Source of the DNA: Moniliella sp. 'wahieum'
Lineage: Eukaryota
Length of the DNA: 64,000 bases
NCBI GenBank assembly: GCA_003971905.1
Contig: RSEE01000014.1
Span: forward strand, 1 to 64,000
Reading direction: 5' to 3'
Below are positions 38,175 through 51,325 of this stretch, piece after piece. The stretch's first letter is position 1; each line of letters begins with the position of its first letter. The translations under genes and the position numbers were made by a program. The notes beneath the pieces are model-generated. The model was not told the origin of the DNA, made no database searches, and saw only the letters and a program-made list of their open reading frames with translations.

Positions 38175-39261
38175 TGTTAGGGGGCGCTCCGGTTTTGTCG
38201 GGACGCTGAGCCCCCATGTCGTAGACATCTCATCCAAACACGCGTCAGTCCCGTTAGATAGCGAGCGAGAGAGTGTCAGAAGGAGCCTATCCATGGCGGA
38301 TACTGTCCGCGGAGAGCCAAGGGCGAATCGGACTTACAGTACAAAGCTTCGTATCTGCGGTGCCCGGTCTTGGCAGAACCCTACACTTACGGTGGCCCAT
38401 CGGATCGCAGTCTTGTGGCAGAACAGACGGCGCTTTGTCTCTTACTACTGTGGATCCCCCATCTTCTGTTTATCCCTGTCTTGAGGCACTTGAGGCCTGG
38501 TTCCTCCTGGATATAAGCAGCCGGGTCTAAGGCTTGCTATAGCTGTGGTCCATAATAGGAGATGGAGATGGGGGAAAGGATGAGAGGATCTGAGGTATAT
38601 ATGCCTCGGAGAAGAAGCGGACACATGTGAGCTGAATCACACGGAGGAAGAAGGGGAGCATAGTCACAAAAGGGGGAAAACAGGGTCTAAAACAAATTAG
38701 GGACCAGTCAACTTGGTGATCAAACGGTGATCAAGGGGGTCTGATCCCGAGACGCAGTCCTTGGAGACCAGCCTGTCTTTGGTCTCCCTGACTTGCCGTT
38801 CCTCTCTCGCCCTGCCACCTGTTCTATACCACCCTTGCGAATTTACGACTTACGTCGAGTCCGCTGCAAGCCGCGGTTACTCTTAGTTGCGCTTGCTCTT
38901 CTTTAGGACCCCATCTGATTCCGCCGAAGTACAACGCGTCGAGTTTGGTGCAGTGACGCTGCACGGTCGCAGCGTTACCGGTTACCCCGGAGCTCCTGGA
39001 CCGCTTCAACTGGTCCGAGACGACCTACGTACGCGGCTCCTGCCTCATCAGAGGGTCTGAGCTGCGGCCTTTGCACGCAGACAGCCACCCAAACAGTAGG
39101 GTGTCTCTCTCTCGCCTCTACACCAGCTCGGTTCAACGTTCAACCAGGATCTGAGGCAGGATCGACCTAACGTACGAGACTCCGATCGGCCAACTAGGGT
39201 TTATACCCTTAAACTACAGGGATGGGTCCCACCTCGGAACCTCCCCCCATGAGATGTAACA
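38175..39261. mobile_element. Solo-LTR-like element A (TGTTA...TAACA)
   Basis: Block-wise homology with 57489-58335, e.g. CGAATTTACGACTTACGTCGAG, GCGCTTGCTCTTCTTTAGGAC, GAGGGTCTGAGCTGCGG. TG...CA ends. No clear target-site duplication. Confidence 0.7.
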
Positions 39262-40207
39262 CCTTTGTCTCTGTCCATGTCGGATCGCCGCTCGCATGGG
39301 TGCTCAACGTTCAACGCGCAACGCCTGGACTGGGTGTATCGAGCGTCGCGTATCCCTGTCCGCTCAACATGCAGACTTGACATACCAAGGCACCCGTCGC
39401 ATCCTACTCGAGAATATTATAGCTGCGCCCTGCGGCCTACCAGCCCCCACGTGATCGCGTGACGCGTCCCGAGATCCCCGCAGGACGCGCTGGCGGAAGC
39501 CCGGCAACCAGCGCAATGGTCCAGGCGGGGGAGCAGTGTTGAGTCAATGTTAGCCCAGTTCTGTGACACTGTGGCATGCATGGCATGGCTTGTGCTATGC
39601 ATCATGCATCATGCATTCGCATGGGGCTGCGGGTTGCGGGCTGCGGACTGCTCGGGCTGTGCGAACTTGAGGCCGAGGCCGCTTGACGAGTGAGTAGCTT
39701 GAGGCCTGTCTGGCCTCTGGACGGACGAACGGACACATGGTCGATGGCCATCGGTCACCGGTCACTATTTAGTGATGAATGATCTCAGATCCCAATGGTC
39801 ATCGACATGGATGCCTTGATCACCCCGATTGCATGCAGGCTCTGGGCGTGTGTTGGGCTGAGCGCGGGCGTGGCGCGTGCTGGGCTGGGCATGGCCGCAG
39901 CCACCCTGGCCTCCGTTCTGCTGCCCGGCGGCGTTACCGACGTTCGATGCATGGGTTGAGGCACTGGCGGGCACACGCCTGCACAGCACCCGCCCAGCCC
40001 CCCATTCATTGTACCGCGTCTGCGGCACTCCGCCGCCCCAGGCGCCAGCACAGCTCAGGCTCAGTGCAGCCGCCGCGGAAGCGAGGAGCTAGCTGGCTAC
40101 GAGGTACCCGTGACCAGTTCCTAGTTGCGGGCCACACCAGTCGCCCCCTCGCCTCGGTCCACTCAGCGCCTCCCTTTCCTTTGCCCCTCCAGCTCACCCA
40201 CGCTTCC

Positions 40208-42156
40208 ATGGCTGTCCTTGCGCGCGCAACCCCGCGCCTCCGCCCGCGCCCTGCGTCCCCGCCACGCCCCCGCCCTCGCCCGCGCTGCCACCGCCTCGAC
40301 AGGCACCGACACCCACCCCGCCACCTCCCCGACGGCGGCTCTGGCGACACCTCCACCGACCCCGCCTCCGGTGGTCAGCACACCTCCACCAACGACGACG
40401 GTGGCAGCGGCGGCACCACCACCCGCAGCAACGATGGCGGCAGTGGCGGTACCACTACCGGCGACACTGGCGGCGACGATCCCACCTCCACCCACCCTGG
40501 CACCACCACTGGCCACCCGACCACTACTGATGGCAGCGGCAGTGGCGGCACCACCACTGGCCCTCCCCCAGCACAAGCCCCACCCCAGGCAATGGAGGGA
40601 GCGGTAGCGGCAGCGGCAGCGGGAACGGCAGCGGCAATGGCAACGGCAACGGCAACACCTCTACCGATCAGACCTCTTCCAATCCCCCCACCACTCAGTC
40701 CCAACCTCCTTCCACGTCGCCTTCTGACAATCCACCGCCCAGCACGTCCCCTTCCACCAGGGCGGGCAGACGAGGAGCACCATCACCACCCAGGTCACTG
40801 TTACACCTACTGAGTCTAGCTCCCCCCCACCCAGACGACGGTGATTGTCACCACCAGTACCCCGTCTGTGCCGACCACGACCCAGCAGACCCGTTCGACT
40901 TCGTATGAGACCACGTCGAGATCTTCCTTTGTCACGGATACGGTCACCTCCACCTCTCATTCGACTCCTCCGTAGGTTTTTTCTTTTGCTTTTTTCTTCT
41001 TCTTCCCCCAGTCTGCCTACTGACGCCTCACCCTTGTCTGCCCCTCGTCTCATCTGTTCCACAGCCCAACGACCACAGGCAAGAGCGTTGTGACCTCTGT
41101 CAAACAGATCACGATCACCTCCTCGCTGAACAACGGCTACACCACCATCACATCGTCTAGTACGTTTTACGCCCAGAGCACCGCCACTGGTTCGACAGGA
41201 TTCTTTTCCAATCACGGTGCTGTCGGCGGCACATTTGCTGCCGTTGGCGTGGTTGCATGCGTCCTGCTTGGTCTGTTGGTATGGCTGTTGGTTCGGAAGC
41301 GCAAGCAGCACCGCATGGACGCAGACATCGTGGCAGCCACCACAGCCGGTGCAGCTGCCACACGCCAGCCGTTTGACGATGACGATGACGATGACGACGA
41401 CTATGAGTTGGAGGACACCGAGATGGAGCAGCACGGTGGTGCTGGGTCGGATGGGCGGTATGCGAGTGGCCTGTTGGTGCCCTCAGCGGGAACTGGGCCA
41501 CAAGGTGCGTATGGCGACTACGGTGCGTATGCTCACCCGGCCCCACGGCAGCTGGATTCCCATCGGACGTGGCGGCCTACTCGAACCCCAGCTCAGCGCC
41601 GTACGGGCACGACCCGTATGCCATGTACGGCTCCACCGGGTCGGAGGGTGCGGCGGTGTCGGCGGCCGGGAGTGGGCGTTGGGGAGGCAACCGGGTCGGG
41701 TTCGCATGGCCCAACTGGATCCCACACCCCTTCGGCCGAAGGGGGCTATTCGACGCCGGGCGAGTACCCCGAATACGGCAATCCCTACGGCTACCCAGTG
41801 CCGCAGGGCTACTACGGGCAGCAACCTGGAGATGGGTACGGGCGATCTGCTGAAGAGGCGGCAGCAGCGCAGGCGTATGCAGGCCAGCAAGGGTCCTACT
41901 CGACGCACAGCACGCACATTGGGCCAGTGGCGCCCAGCACGCCCGGGCGCCAGCTGGGTGGACATGCACTGTATTCGGACGCGGAAATGCCGCCTCGTGC
42001 TTCGGGCTCAACCCCGACGGAAGCCAGGCACATGTACACCTCCAACCCGTCCCCGAGACCGTGTCGGGCCCGACGACTGCCGATGCGGCGCACGTGATGT
42101 ACTCGGACCAACACGAGGACGGCGAGTCGTTGACCAAAACGCATGGGTCGAGGTAA
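40208..42156 (+). CDS. Mid2/Wsc-like Ser/Thr-rich single-pass membrane protein
   Basis: S/T/G-rich ectodomain, then GFFSNHGAVGGTFAAVGVVACVLLGLLVWLLVRKRK (TM plus basic stop) and an acidic/Tyr-rich tail. Intron 40972-41064. The end is approximate. Confidence 0.75.
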
Positions 42157-43182
42157 CAGACTCGGTTTGCTGGTCTTCTTTCTTGCTCGTTCACCTAGGC
42201 TACCTGTCGCAAACGCGGCACCCATTTTGCTTCGTGTCTTCTATGTATTCCATTTCCCTCGATGCCCGCCGCTCCCAACCCATGCCATTTCATCCACGTT
42301 GCCCTCGCCCTGACTGGCCTATCGCTAAAGCGCTCTTTTACTTTCTTGGGCTGTCGTTTTGCCATTCTCTGACTCGCACGTCCATGTCGCGCAGGGTTGA
42401 GCCGGACCAACCTGTGCTCGTTAATTATTGCGTATGCCCCATGGCTTAGTTGTACTGTCCTTGTCAATAGGATGGGAATGGGATGGGATGTGGCGGCGGA
42501 GCCGGCGGCGAGAGATCAATATAATGACGATAAGAGAGTATGACGATCTGCGTACGTTGGCACGGGATAGATGAGCCTGGCAGGCGCACAGTGTTTCTTG
42601 TGTGTCCACTGGATCGCCTTCGACGGTTAAGACAAGCAATCATCACAACACGTATATCGACTGTGGGGGGGCGATGCTGTTCAGACGGGGGGAAGGCTGG
42701 ACGAGACTGGTTAAGGATTAGAGATCGATTAGAGCCCACGCTGTGCTCGGATGGGCTGTGGAGTGTCTTTGCTTGCAGTTCTCTTCGCAGCAGAGCGGGC
42801 TTAGCCCTTCGTACGAGTTGCTAGTTACTAGCTACCCCAGGTGGATTACGTAACGCACTCCACGTCTTCACCTCAACCGCATTCCTGGGCGAGACGGGTG
42901 ATGGTGGCGCAGCAGTAGAGCGCGGCCACATGCGGGTGCCGCGGTCACAAGCCAGTCACGTGGCCACTGGCCCACTGGTAGTTTGAGCAGCTGCAGGGGA
43001 CACGCGATGTGATGTGATGTGATGCACATGTGACTGTGCTGTGATGCCTGCGTAGGACTGCGTCCCACGCGCACCCTGTCCGCGTCGAGCAGTGGACCGG
43101 CGGTGAGTTGGTCCCCTCCCACCCCCATCTTCTCGCCGCGCCGCTCAGTGGGCGTTGCCACCCTCGACCCGCGGGGACAGCC

Positions 43183-45523
43183 ATGACCAACCTCGTCCTC
43201 GCCGTCCTGGCCCTGGCCGCTGCATTTGCCCCCGTCCTCACCGCCCCCGTCGACAGCCCCGACGGCACCGCCAGCGTCGCCCCTGCCAGCGTCGAGCACG
43301 CCCCACCCCCGCCATGGGTCCAGCTCGACACCACTTCATTTCGTTCTTCTGTAGCGCATGGCGCATGGTACGTTTCCCCCTTGCCTTCACGCTGCTGGCC
43401 TGCTGGTCTGCTGACCTGCTGACCTTGTCGTTTGCGGTGGCGCACAGGCTGGTCGAGTTTGTTGACGCCAAGCACGAGAGCGAAAAGTTTGCTCCGACCT
43501 GGGCCGAATTGGCGCGCAACAAGCAGTCCTTGCGCACCGACTACCCCGCTGCGCCCTTTGGGCTCGCACAGGTCGACTGCAAGTTGTTCATGAAGCTCTG
43601 TATGGAAGAAGACATCAAAGGCACTCCCTTTTTCATTGCGTACCAAGATGGGGCCAAGTCCACCACTCCCTACATGGGTCCGCGCGACTACGCCTCTCTC
43701 GCCGCCTGGGTGGATGAGCAGGCAGCGGAATATCGCAAGGTAAAGGGTGTGGCTGACACTCCCTCATCAGCAACTTCATCACCCTTGCCGTCGCCCTCGT
43801 CCTCGACATCGCCCTCGACCTCGCCCTCGCCTTCAGCGTCGCCCTCGTATTCTCCGTCGTCTTCCTCTCCTTCATCCTCTTCAGCTTCCGCTCTGTATTC
43901 CTCCTCATCGCCATCCCCCCCGCCTCCCCCGAACCATCCCCACCACTCCCCTCATCCCTGCGCCAAGAGGAATCTTCTGAGACGCATTCTTCTGCTCCCG
44001 CGCCTCCCACTGCACCGGCCCAGTCAATCGACCCTAATGGACCCAATCCAAAAGGGATCATGTTACATTATGGCCAGGCGCCAATCCAAGATGAAGCGGC
44101 ATTTTCTGCCTGGCTCTCCTCCACCGGCGGTCACGGCCCCAGCTTTGTCAGGTTCATGGCGCCCTGGTGCCCTCATTGCCGCCACATGGGCCCAGCATTT
44201 TACAAGGCGAGCTCTTCGCTCCAAGGCCATGTGAATGTAATCGAGGTGGACTGTGAGGCGCACCAAGACGTGTGCCGTAAGTACCACGTTAACAGTTTCC
44301 TACGCTCCGTATGTACAAGGACGGCACTGCCACCGAGTACGTGGGTGGCCGATCGCATGACGCGATGGTTAAGTGGGCACTGAAAGCTGGCGCTTCTGCC
44401 CTCCATCCAATCGTCGCCTCTGAATTGGCCCAGTTGGCTAAGCAGCACGACATTTTCTTCCTCTATCTCTTTTCGCCTGGGACGAGGGACGAGGAACGAG
44501 TGAGTGCTTCCCCCCTCCCCACCCCCCCCCCCCTTCCCCTGCTTGAAGCCACGGTACTAATCCCCACGTTTCTTTAAGACCCAAGTCAGGAATGCTACCT
44601 CGGTTTTGCTGGGAAAGGACACGTTTGCGTTTGAATCGTCCGATCCGGTCCTACTGGAGCACTACAGTTCCTATCTCCACCCTGGTCAAGGCAGTGAGCT
44701 GGCGCGGCACTCTCTGTCGGGACTACTTGTGTTCAAGGACCACAATATCAAGACGCCGCATGCCAAGATGAACCTGGCCGCGTTGTCGAAGCAGGATCCT
44801 GTGGGCCAGATCCGGTCGTGGGTACACAGCGAACGGTTTCCGAATGTAGTCGAGCTTGTCTCGACCAACTTTGCCGATGTCATGTTCAACGATGCAGGGC
44901 TCAAGGTGGTTCTGGCTGCTGTGTCGGATGTGCACCATGGTGGGAACCTGGTGGAGACGGGCTCGGGATCTCGCGAACGAGAGTACGAATTGGCCATGTA
45001 CCGTCAAGTCGCTGCTGACTGGCGGTCGCAGCCACGCGACAACCAAATCCTGTTTGCCTGGATCGACGCGGACCGGTGGGCTACCGCGATCAAGTCGTAC
45101 TTCAACACGAGAGGGATCGATCTTCCGAAACTGTTCTTGGTGGATGGAGGAAAGATGGTGTACTACGAGCTGCCAAGTGACGCTGTAGCTGCTGCTCATG
45201 CTCGCCCCTGGGTTCACTCGGCCCCGGTGTTTGACCGTCTCGCTGCCATTCTGGCTGGTCAGGTTAAGCCCAAGAGCATGGAGACGTACATTGACCGCAG
45301 CATGCATGTCACCTCGTCGCTAATCGTCGTTTTGGTTGGCACCTACTTCCGCCACCCGTTCCTAGGCACCATCCTCTTGCTTGCCTTGATTTACGGTGCC
45401 TTCCGTTTCGTCACCCACTTCCAACGTGGTCGCCATGGCCTCTCCAGCGACCGGAGATTGACCTCGCGCAGCACATTGCCCCTGACCAAAGTGTCAGTGC
45501 TAGGCAAGTCCAAATCGGGCTAA
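43183..45523 (+). CDS. Membrane-anchored multi-thioredoxin-domain PDI (Eps1-like)
   Basis: Signal peptide MTNLVLAVLALAAAFAPVLT, FMAPWCPHC, VIEVDCE, a C-terminal TM and a GKSKSG tail. Introns 43368-43447 and 44500-44578. Confidence 0.85.
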
Positions 45524-46305
45524 GGCGGGGCGTCGGTGCGAAACCATGTCCGATCTGAGATCTGAGATCTGATGGAAGGGCAGTCGAAGCACATCCGCTT
45601 TGGGTAGCTCGTTGATTTTGTCATTCAATTAACCACCTTCCATTGCCACTTGGCCGCCGGGCTCACCCCTGCATCGGTGTTGCACCCGTACCTGCACAGC
45701 ACTAATGATTCATGAGCAGAAGGATCCGGATGGCTGCGCAGAGGATAGTGGGCATGAAATAGGAGACGCGGATGATATAATTCTACCCCGAAGGCTGCAT
45801 AATGTCAAGCATCGTGCGGGAATGGATGTAAGAATGCCGATCATAGCCGTCGCCCTTGCGGAGGAATATGTCACTAGCCGTTGCCACATGTTTAGACCAT
45901 AATGCACAACAGGTAAGATGCAGAGATTCACCAAGTTGGAAAGTACCCCAAACTCACCAAAGCCAGAACAAGTCAGAACAGCAGCGATGACACAAGTTGA
46001 ACGACTAACGTATTGACACTGAGCACATTGAGCAGTGAGTCCAGTGAGTACTGAGTCCTTGAGTGGGACCACTCAACTCGGTACCATCATTTATAATTTG
46101 TACTAAATGCACTGCTGAGTGGATGAAAGCAGGCGACGACTGGCACTACGATTCACAGGCTACGATAAACGGGGCATGCGGTATCGGCTGGGACGTGAGT
46201 TGCGGTAGAAGACGACAGCGTGAGAAAAGGGTAGACAGAGCCTAGTACGGGACCATGCTCGTGTTTCGTTCATACCCTGGGCAAGGCAATGTCACCCAAC
46301 ACCGA

Positions 46306-48391
46306 CTATGTAGGCCACACCAGGCCAAATGGCACATGGACCCGTTGCGAGGGCTCATAGCGGACTCGCCAGACGGGAGGGCCGAACGTCAAGAAGAAAG
46401 CGAGGAGGAAGCAAATCCCAGCGAAACAATAAGTGAGGGATATGGGAGAGATGGCAGGGGAGGATGGGGATGATTGTCCAGACTGATCAGGAAGAGTGAC
46501 GATAGAAAGGCGAGAGGTGGAGCGCCACAGGGAGAGGAGAAAACGACTTCGCCAGAAGCTAGGCCTGAACCCTTTGGTCCTCTGAGACAGGAGAAGGGGG
46601 TAAGAAGGTGATCTTGGATGCTGATGCCGTGTCAGGGGATGCGTCATCGGAGTTGGGTGTCCGAGAGGTAGGCAAGGGAAGGTAGGGCTCCGGGAACAGG
46701 CTCGGGACCGGGCTCGGGACCGGAAGAAGAGCAACGTTCTTCCGGGTAAGCAGGGCGAGTCTGTTCAATGTCATGCAAAATGTCTTGGAAGCACCACTCG
46801 ACCGCCTCGGCCGCCCAAAAGTGGTCGCAATGTTCCGCCTCGGGCTGGCGTTTCCAGCGCAAGAGACGAACATGAGGTTCGTGGTGCTTGATTCGATCAA
46901 TCACCGGCTGTGTCAACACCAAAAAGTCCATCCCGCCCGAAAAGATAGAGAGAGGGGGGAAGTCGGCTGTCCACCACGGTTCCGGGGTCGCTGGCAAGGC
47001 ACATCCACGCGCTGCAAAGCCCCCCTTGCCCGTCCACCAATGGATACTAGCACTGCTCACGGGTTGCGGAGCAAAGCGGAACATCTTGGCCTTACGGCGG
47101 GAGAGCCAGTTGGCATCGGTCCATTCGAACAGAAACGCAAACATTTCGTACCCAGTCGAGCATAGGGCAGCGCAGGTGTCCAGTCGTAGGAGATGCGCAT
47201 GAGTGGGATGTAGTCCAGCCAGCCAAACAGTTTACCCCAAGTGACAGGACCAATTAATTGCAGCAGCGAAATGGGGAAGGATTGAGTTAGAGGCCCAGCA
47301 TAAAGTGCCGGTGCCAGCGCTGTAAAACTGGACAAGTGACGCCCCAAAGCCGGGCAAAAGCCGCGGCTCAGCGCGAGAAACATGATCATGTTACCCTGCG
47401 AATGACCAATGTAGGCCAGTTGATCGTACCCCGTGTCGGCGCGGATCCAGTCAACCAAAGCGGGCAAATCATACTGGCCAGATGCTCCACGGTCCAGTCC
47501 CAGAACTTGGGATCGGAACGAGAGTACCGCTCGTGGCCCATATCGAACACGGCGCGATTGTTACCCAAGAACACTTGGTAGCCGCCGTGCCGTGCGAGCC
47601 AAAAGCAATGCTCCGCTCCTCTCGCTCGTCACAAACGAGCCGGACGACTGGAAGAGGCCGTGCATGATCAGGACGGGGTAGCCGCCTTGGTGCACCATCC
47701 GATAGAAGGTGAGCGATCCATGCTGAGACAAGCAGCAACCCGAGGCAGAGAGAGATAAAAACGAACGTACCTTTTCCATCTGCTGCTCTCATGTGCCCGG
47801 GTGGGATCCACGGACGCGGTGAAGGCGGAGGTGGTATCCATCTTTGGTAGTTACCGTCGTCTCGATGATGTCAAATCCACAGGAACGCGCATAGTAGCCC
47901 ACATCCTTGACCAGCTTCTCGTTTGCCCAGCGTGCAGGCTGTTCCCCGCGTGCGCCGCGCCGGCCTTATTGGCCGGATCCTGATCGGGCTGTGGGGTAGC
48001 AGTGCGCGAGTTGGCGGACGAGGCGGGGGGCGTGGGTGTGGCAGCGGAAAGCAGGCCGCGCACATCCCATGCCGAGGCAAAGCGCTCGATGGCGCGGGTG
48101 AGCAGGGCCCAGACGACAACGGGATGAGAAAGAGAGAAGAGAGGAGCGTGGCGACGAGCTGGGCCCGGTGAAAGCGGAGCTTGTCCGGCCACGTCGTATA
48201 GGCCGCTGCCACCAGCGCGGGCTGGATGGGGAGGCAGCCATCGAGGGGCAGTGAGGGCGGGGGACACGAGGGGAAGCGGAGCGCAGGCACGAGGAAGACG
48301 CGTGGCAGACAGGGGGCCAGGGGCAGGGAGGCGAGGCCAGTGGTGGTAGAACTAAGTAAGCCCTCTGAAGATTCCGCGTCGAGTGGAGCAT
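46306..48391 (-). CDS. AB-hydrolase lipase / steryl ester hydrolase (Tgl1/Yeh-like)
   Basis: MHGLFQSSG, VFLGNNR, FWDWT, YIGHSQG nucleophile motif, SGGMDFLV and EHCDHFWA. Boundaries are approximate. Confidence 0.88.
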
Positions 48392-50160
48392 CCCCCGAGC
48401 GGACTAATAACTAGTGACTAGCGACTAGCGACCTAGCAACCGGCAGCCGGAAGCAGAGGATGGGGGTGACCGGTGACGGTGACCGGCGAGGCGGCCGAGC
48501 CAGTGGGGCAGCGGTGAGGCAGGGCGGCAGCCCGCGAAGTGGCTGCGCCCACACTCTCCAGGTGCGCGCCTCGAGCCTCGCACGGCGCCAGTGGCAGCGA
48601 GGCAGTGCAGCGATCGCCGCATTCACGACACGGCGAGAACGGGCAGGGCGCCTGTTGCGGGGCAGCCCATGCGGCGCGGGCGGTGCCACTGCGCCCCCGT
48701 GGGGGTCCATGCTCAAGCACTGGGCGGGGACTGGCGTGGGCCCAGTGTGGGTGCGCCAGTGGCAGCGTCCAGGGCCAAGGCCAAGCCCAGAAGCAGCAGG
48801 CACAGGAGAGGCCGCTGCTGGCGCTGACGATCATCGATCAGCAGCGCTTTCAAATTTCAGTCTGCAGCATCGGTATCGATCGTATCCCCGGCCATCTAGA
48901 ACGCTCGTCGATCCCCCGATACTACAGCAGCAGAGAGCCTGTGTGCATAACCGCTCGGCGCCATGTAAAACCCCAGTAGCAGCAGCGCCTGCAAGCGCCC
49001 CTGTGCACACACCCAGACCAACACCTGATCCACGCCAGTCTCACCATTGCATCATCGAAGTTGCGCCGTGCGCGTGACCGCGTGACCAGTAGCTAACTGG
49101 TAACCCGGTAGCGCGTAACGCGTACGCGTAACGGGAGTAGCCAACTGGCCGCGACCATAATCAGATGATCGATAATCGATAACCGGTAACCGACATTAGC
49201 TGATCACGCGATCACGAGCTCGGAGAGGGTGAACGCAGTGCACGAAGTATCGAGTGAAAGCAATGTCGGTCGGAGAGAGAAGACAGATAGAGGAAGCGAA
49301 CACAGGAGCACAACGGAATGTAAGTATAGGCGTGTGAAAATTGAAAGGGCAACGTGCGTTAAACGTTAAACGTTAAACGTTAATCCAGGCGTCGCAGACA
49401 GAAGGTCTTTCTAGGAAAGCTAACTCAAGTATCATCTCCACAAACACCACTACAGCGCTCAAAGTTGCCAACTACAGCCAGACGCATTGAAGCAAAGCCC
49501 ACAAACAAACAAGCAGGAATGCAGATGGACACATCAGGTTTGCGAGCTTCTAGGATCAAGGTTCTACGTTCAACGAGGTAATGAATAGTAGACCAGGTGA
49601 CGAAGGAGAAGTCCAACTCAAGCATCTTGCCTCCAAGGCAGACACCTGACGGTGCGTGGCAAGGGAAGGATGGTGGTGAAGAATGAAAAAAACGAATGAA
49701 CGAACGGGGGACAATAGATCGCAAAATGATCCTCCCAAAGGCGGGCAATGGAGTAGCGTCGGAAGAGGCTGGATGGGCGAGGTGAGGAGGGGTACAGCCT
49801 CGCCAGCTCGTTGAAACAAAGTGGGAATTGAGGGAGAGCACTTGCCATGCGACGTAAGGTTGACTGGGAAGAACGATGACTCGTCGCAAAAAAACGAGAG
49901 CACAAAAGGGAAAATGACCAAGGCAAGTGAATCGCTGAAAGGGGATCCATACAAACCAGGGATCCTGAGCTGTAAGGTAGGATAATGAACCAGGTCGAGA
50001 CAAATCGAAGCAGGGCGCCAAGACGAATCAGGAGCAGAGGATCAAAGAGACCTACTCCTCCACATCGAGCAGAAGGACAGACGGTGAAAAGAACCAATCG
50101 CAGGAGAGGGATGCCGGGCACTAATATGAGAATGGACAAAATCGGACCAATGGGCCTTAC

Positions 50161-51325
50161 TCAAGCCGAAGGATAAGTGGTACCAATGAATGACGCCAAC
50201 TCAACGAGCGCATCTGAGGTGGCATCGTAGGCATGGCCATCGTCAGGCATCGTGAAGGACGAGAACATGTCGAAGTTGGTCGGCATGGGGTTGGGGGGGC
50301 TCGGGGCCAACGACGTTGGGCTCAAAGTGGTGAGGGCCACCGGGGAACCCGACAATGGCGAGCCAGCGGGAAACTCAGAGTGACTGAACGGCGACGATGT
50401 TCCGGGCGAAGCCGACATTGGCATCTGTTGGAAAAACGTTGAACCATTCATGTCTGCAGACACCTCATTCGAAGTGGAAAAGGAACCCGCAGCTACCGTC
50501 GTTCCGTATTGGCCCGGGATGGCCGCAGGTACCGTCTCGGGTTTGGTGACAATGGACGGCGAAGAGAATGGAATGGGGGCTGCGGCTGCCGAAGCAAAAT
50601 CGTCGACAGTAAGTGTACCGTCATCGTACTCAGCTAGACCAAACTCGTCAGCAGCAGGGTCAATGCCACCCAAACCCGAAAGACCACCTGTGCTGCTGCG
50701 CCCAACGATGCGAGCCGTAGGCTTATCCTTAGGAACATCCGCCAGCGCGACTGGGAGTACGAGTTCCGGAACAGTCTCAATATAGTTTTGTAGACCATTA
50801 GCAAGGCGATATTCGTTGAGCTGCTCCGTTAGCACACGGGTGCGGTCGTGCAACTCGACCACCATTTGGCGGTACATGGCCTCCTGCGCAAGCGATTCGG
50901 CAACAAATTGAAGAGAACGGTTCACAATGAGCAGTTTAGAGGGACGGCGGACCTCTGAGATGGATGGGATCTTTGAGGCCAGGTCCTGATAGAGGTGATA
51001 GGGAATGATGTGGTTAGCACAGATCGGTGAAAGGAAGCTCAAGGAAGGCTACCAAGAAGCGCTGGTTCAAGCTGTCGCGGCGAGCACGCTCAATTGCATT
51101 GTGATTCGCCCGCTTCTCCGGATTGCCCTTGCGCTGCAACACAGCCGAAGTAGCGCTGCTCACACGGCGAGGAGGTTGCTTGGGGCGGCCAGATGCGGGG
51201 GGGGAAGGGCGACGGCCCGCAGCAATGGCCGCGACAGTGGCGGTGGACGGAGCCTGCCTCATCTTCTTTGACTGGGGTTGCTGCGGAGCCGCAAAGAAAT
51301 GGGGGGGAGCAGGGAGGACAGCCAT
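50161..51325 (-). CDS. bHLH transcription factor
   Basis: KRANHNAIERARRDSLNQRFL|DLASKIP...RRPSKLLIVNRSLQF across intron 50986-51052 (branch GCTAAC). Confidence 0.9.

Noticed and set aside
39030..39055. Hammerhead ribozyme cores on the minus strand of the LTR-like elements (CTGATGAG here and at ~57994-58001)
   Set aside because: No GAAA follows stem II, and the motif is at non-homologous positions in the two copies.
24626..51325. Frameshifts in chitin synthase, GDPD, IPK, PDI, lipase and others as mass pseudogenisation or programmed frameshifting
   Set aside because: Those I traced are single-base losses, often in homopolymers, the catalytic motifs are intact, and the same losses occur in the rRNA. 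This is typical of unpolished long-read consensus.
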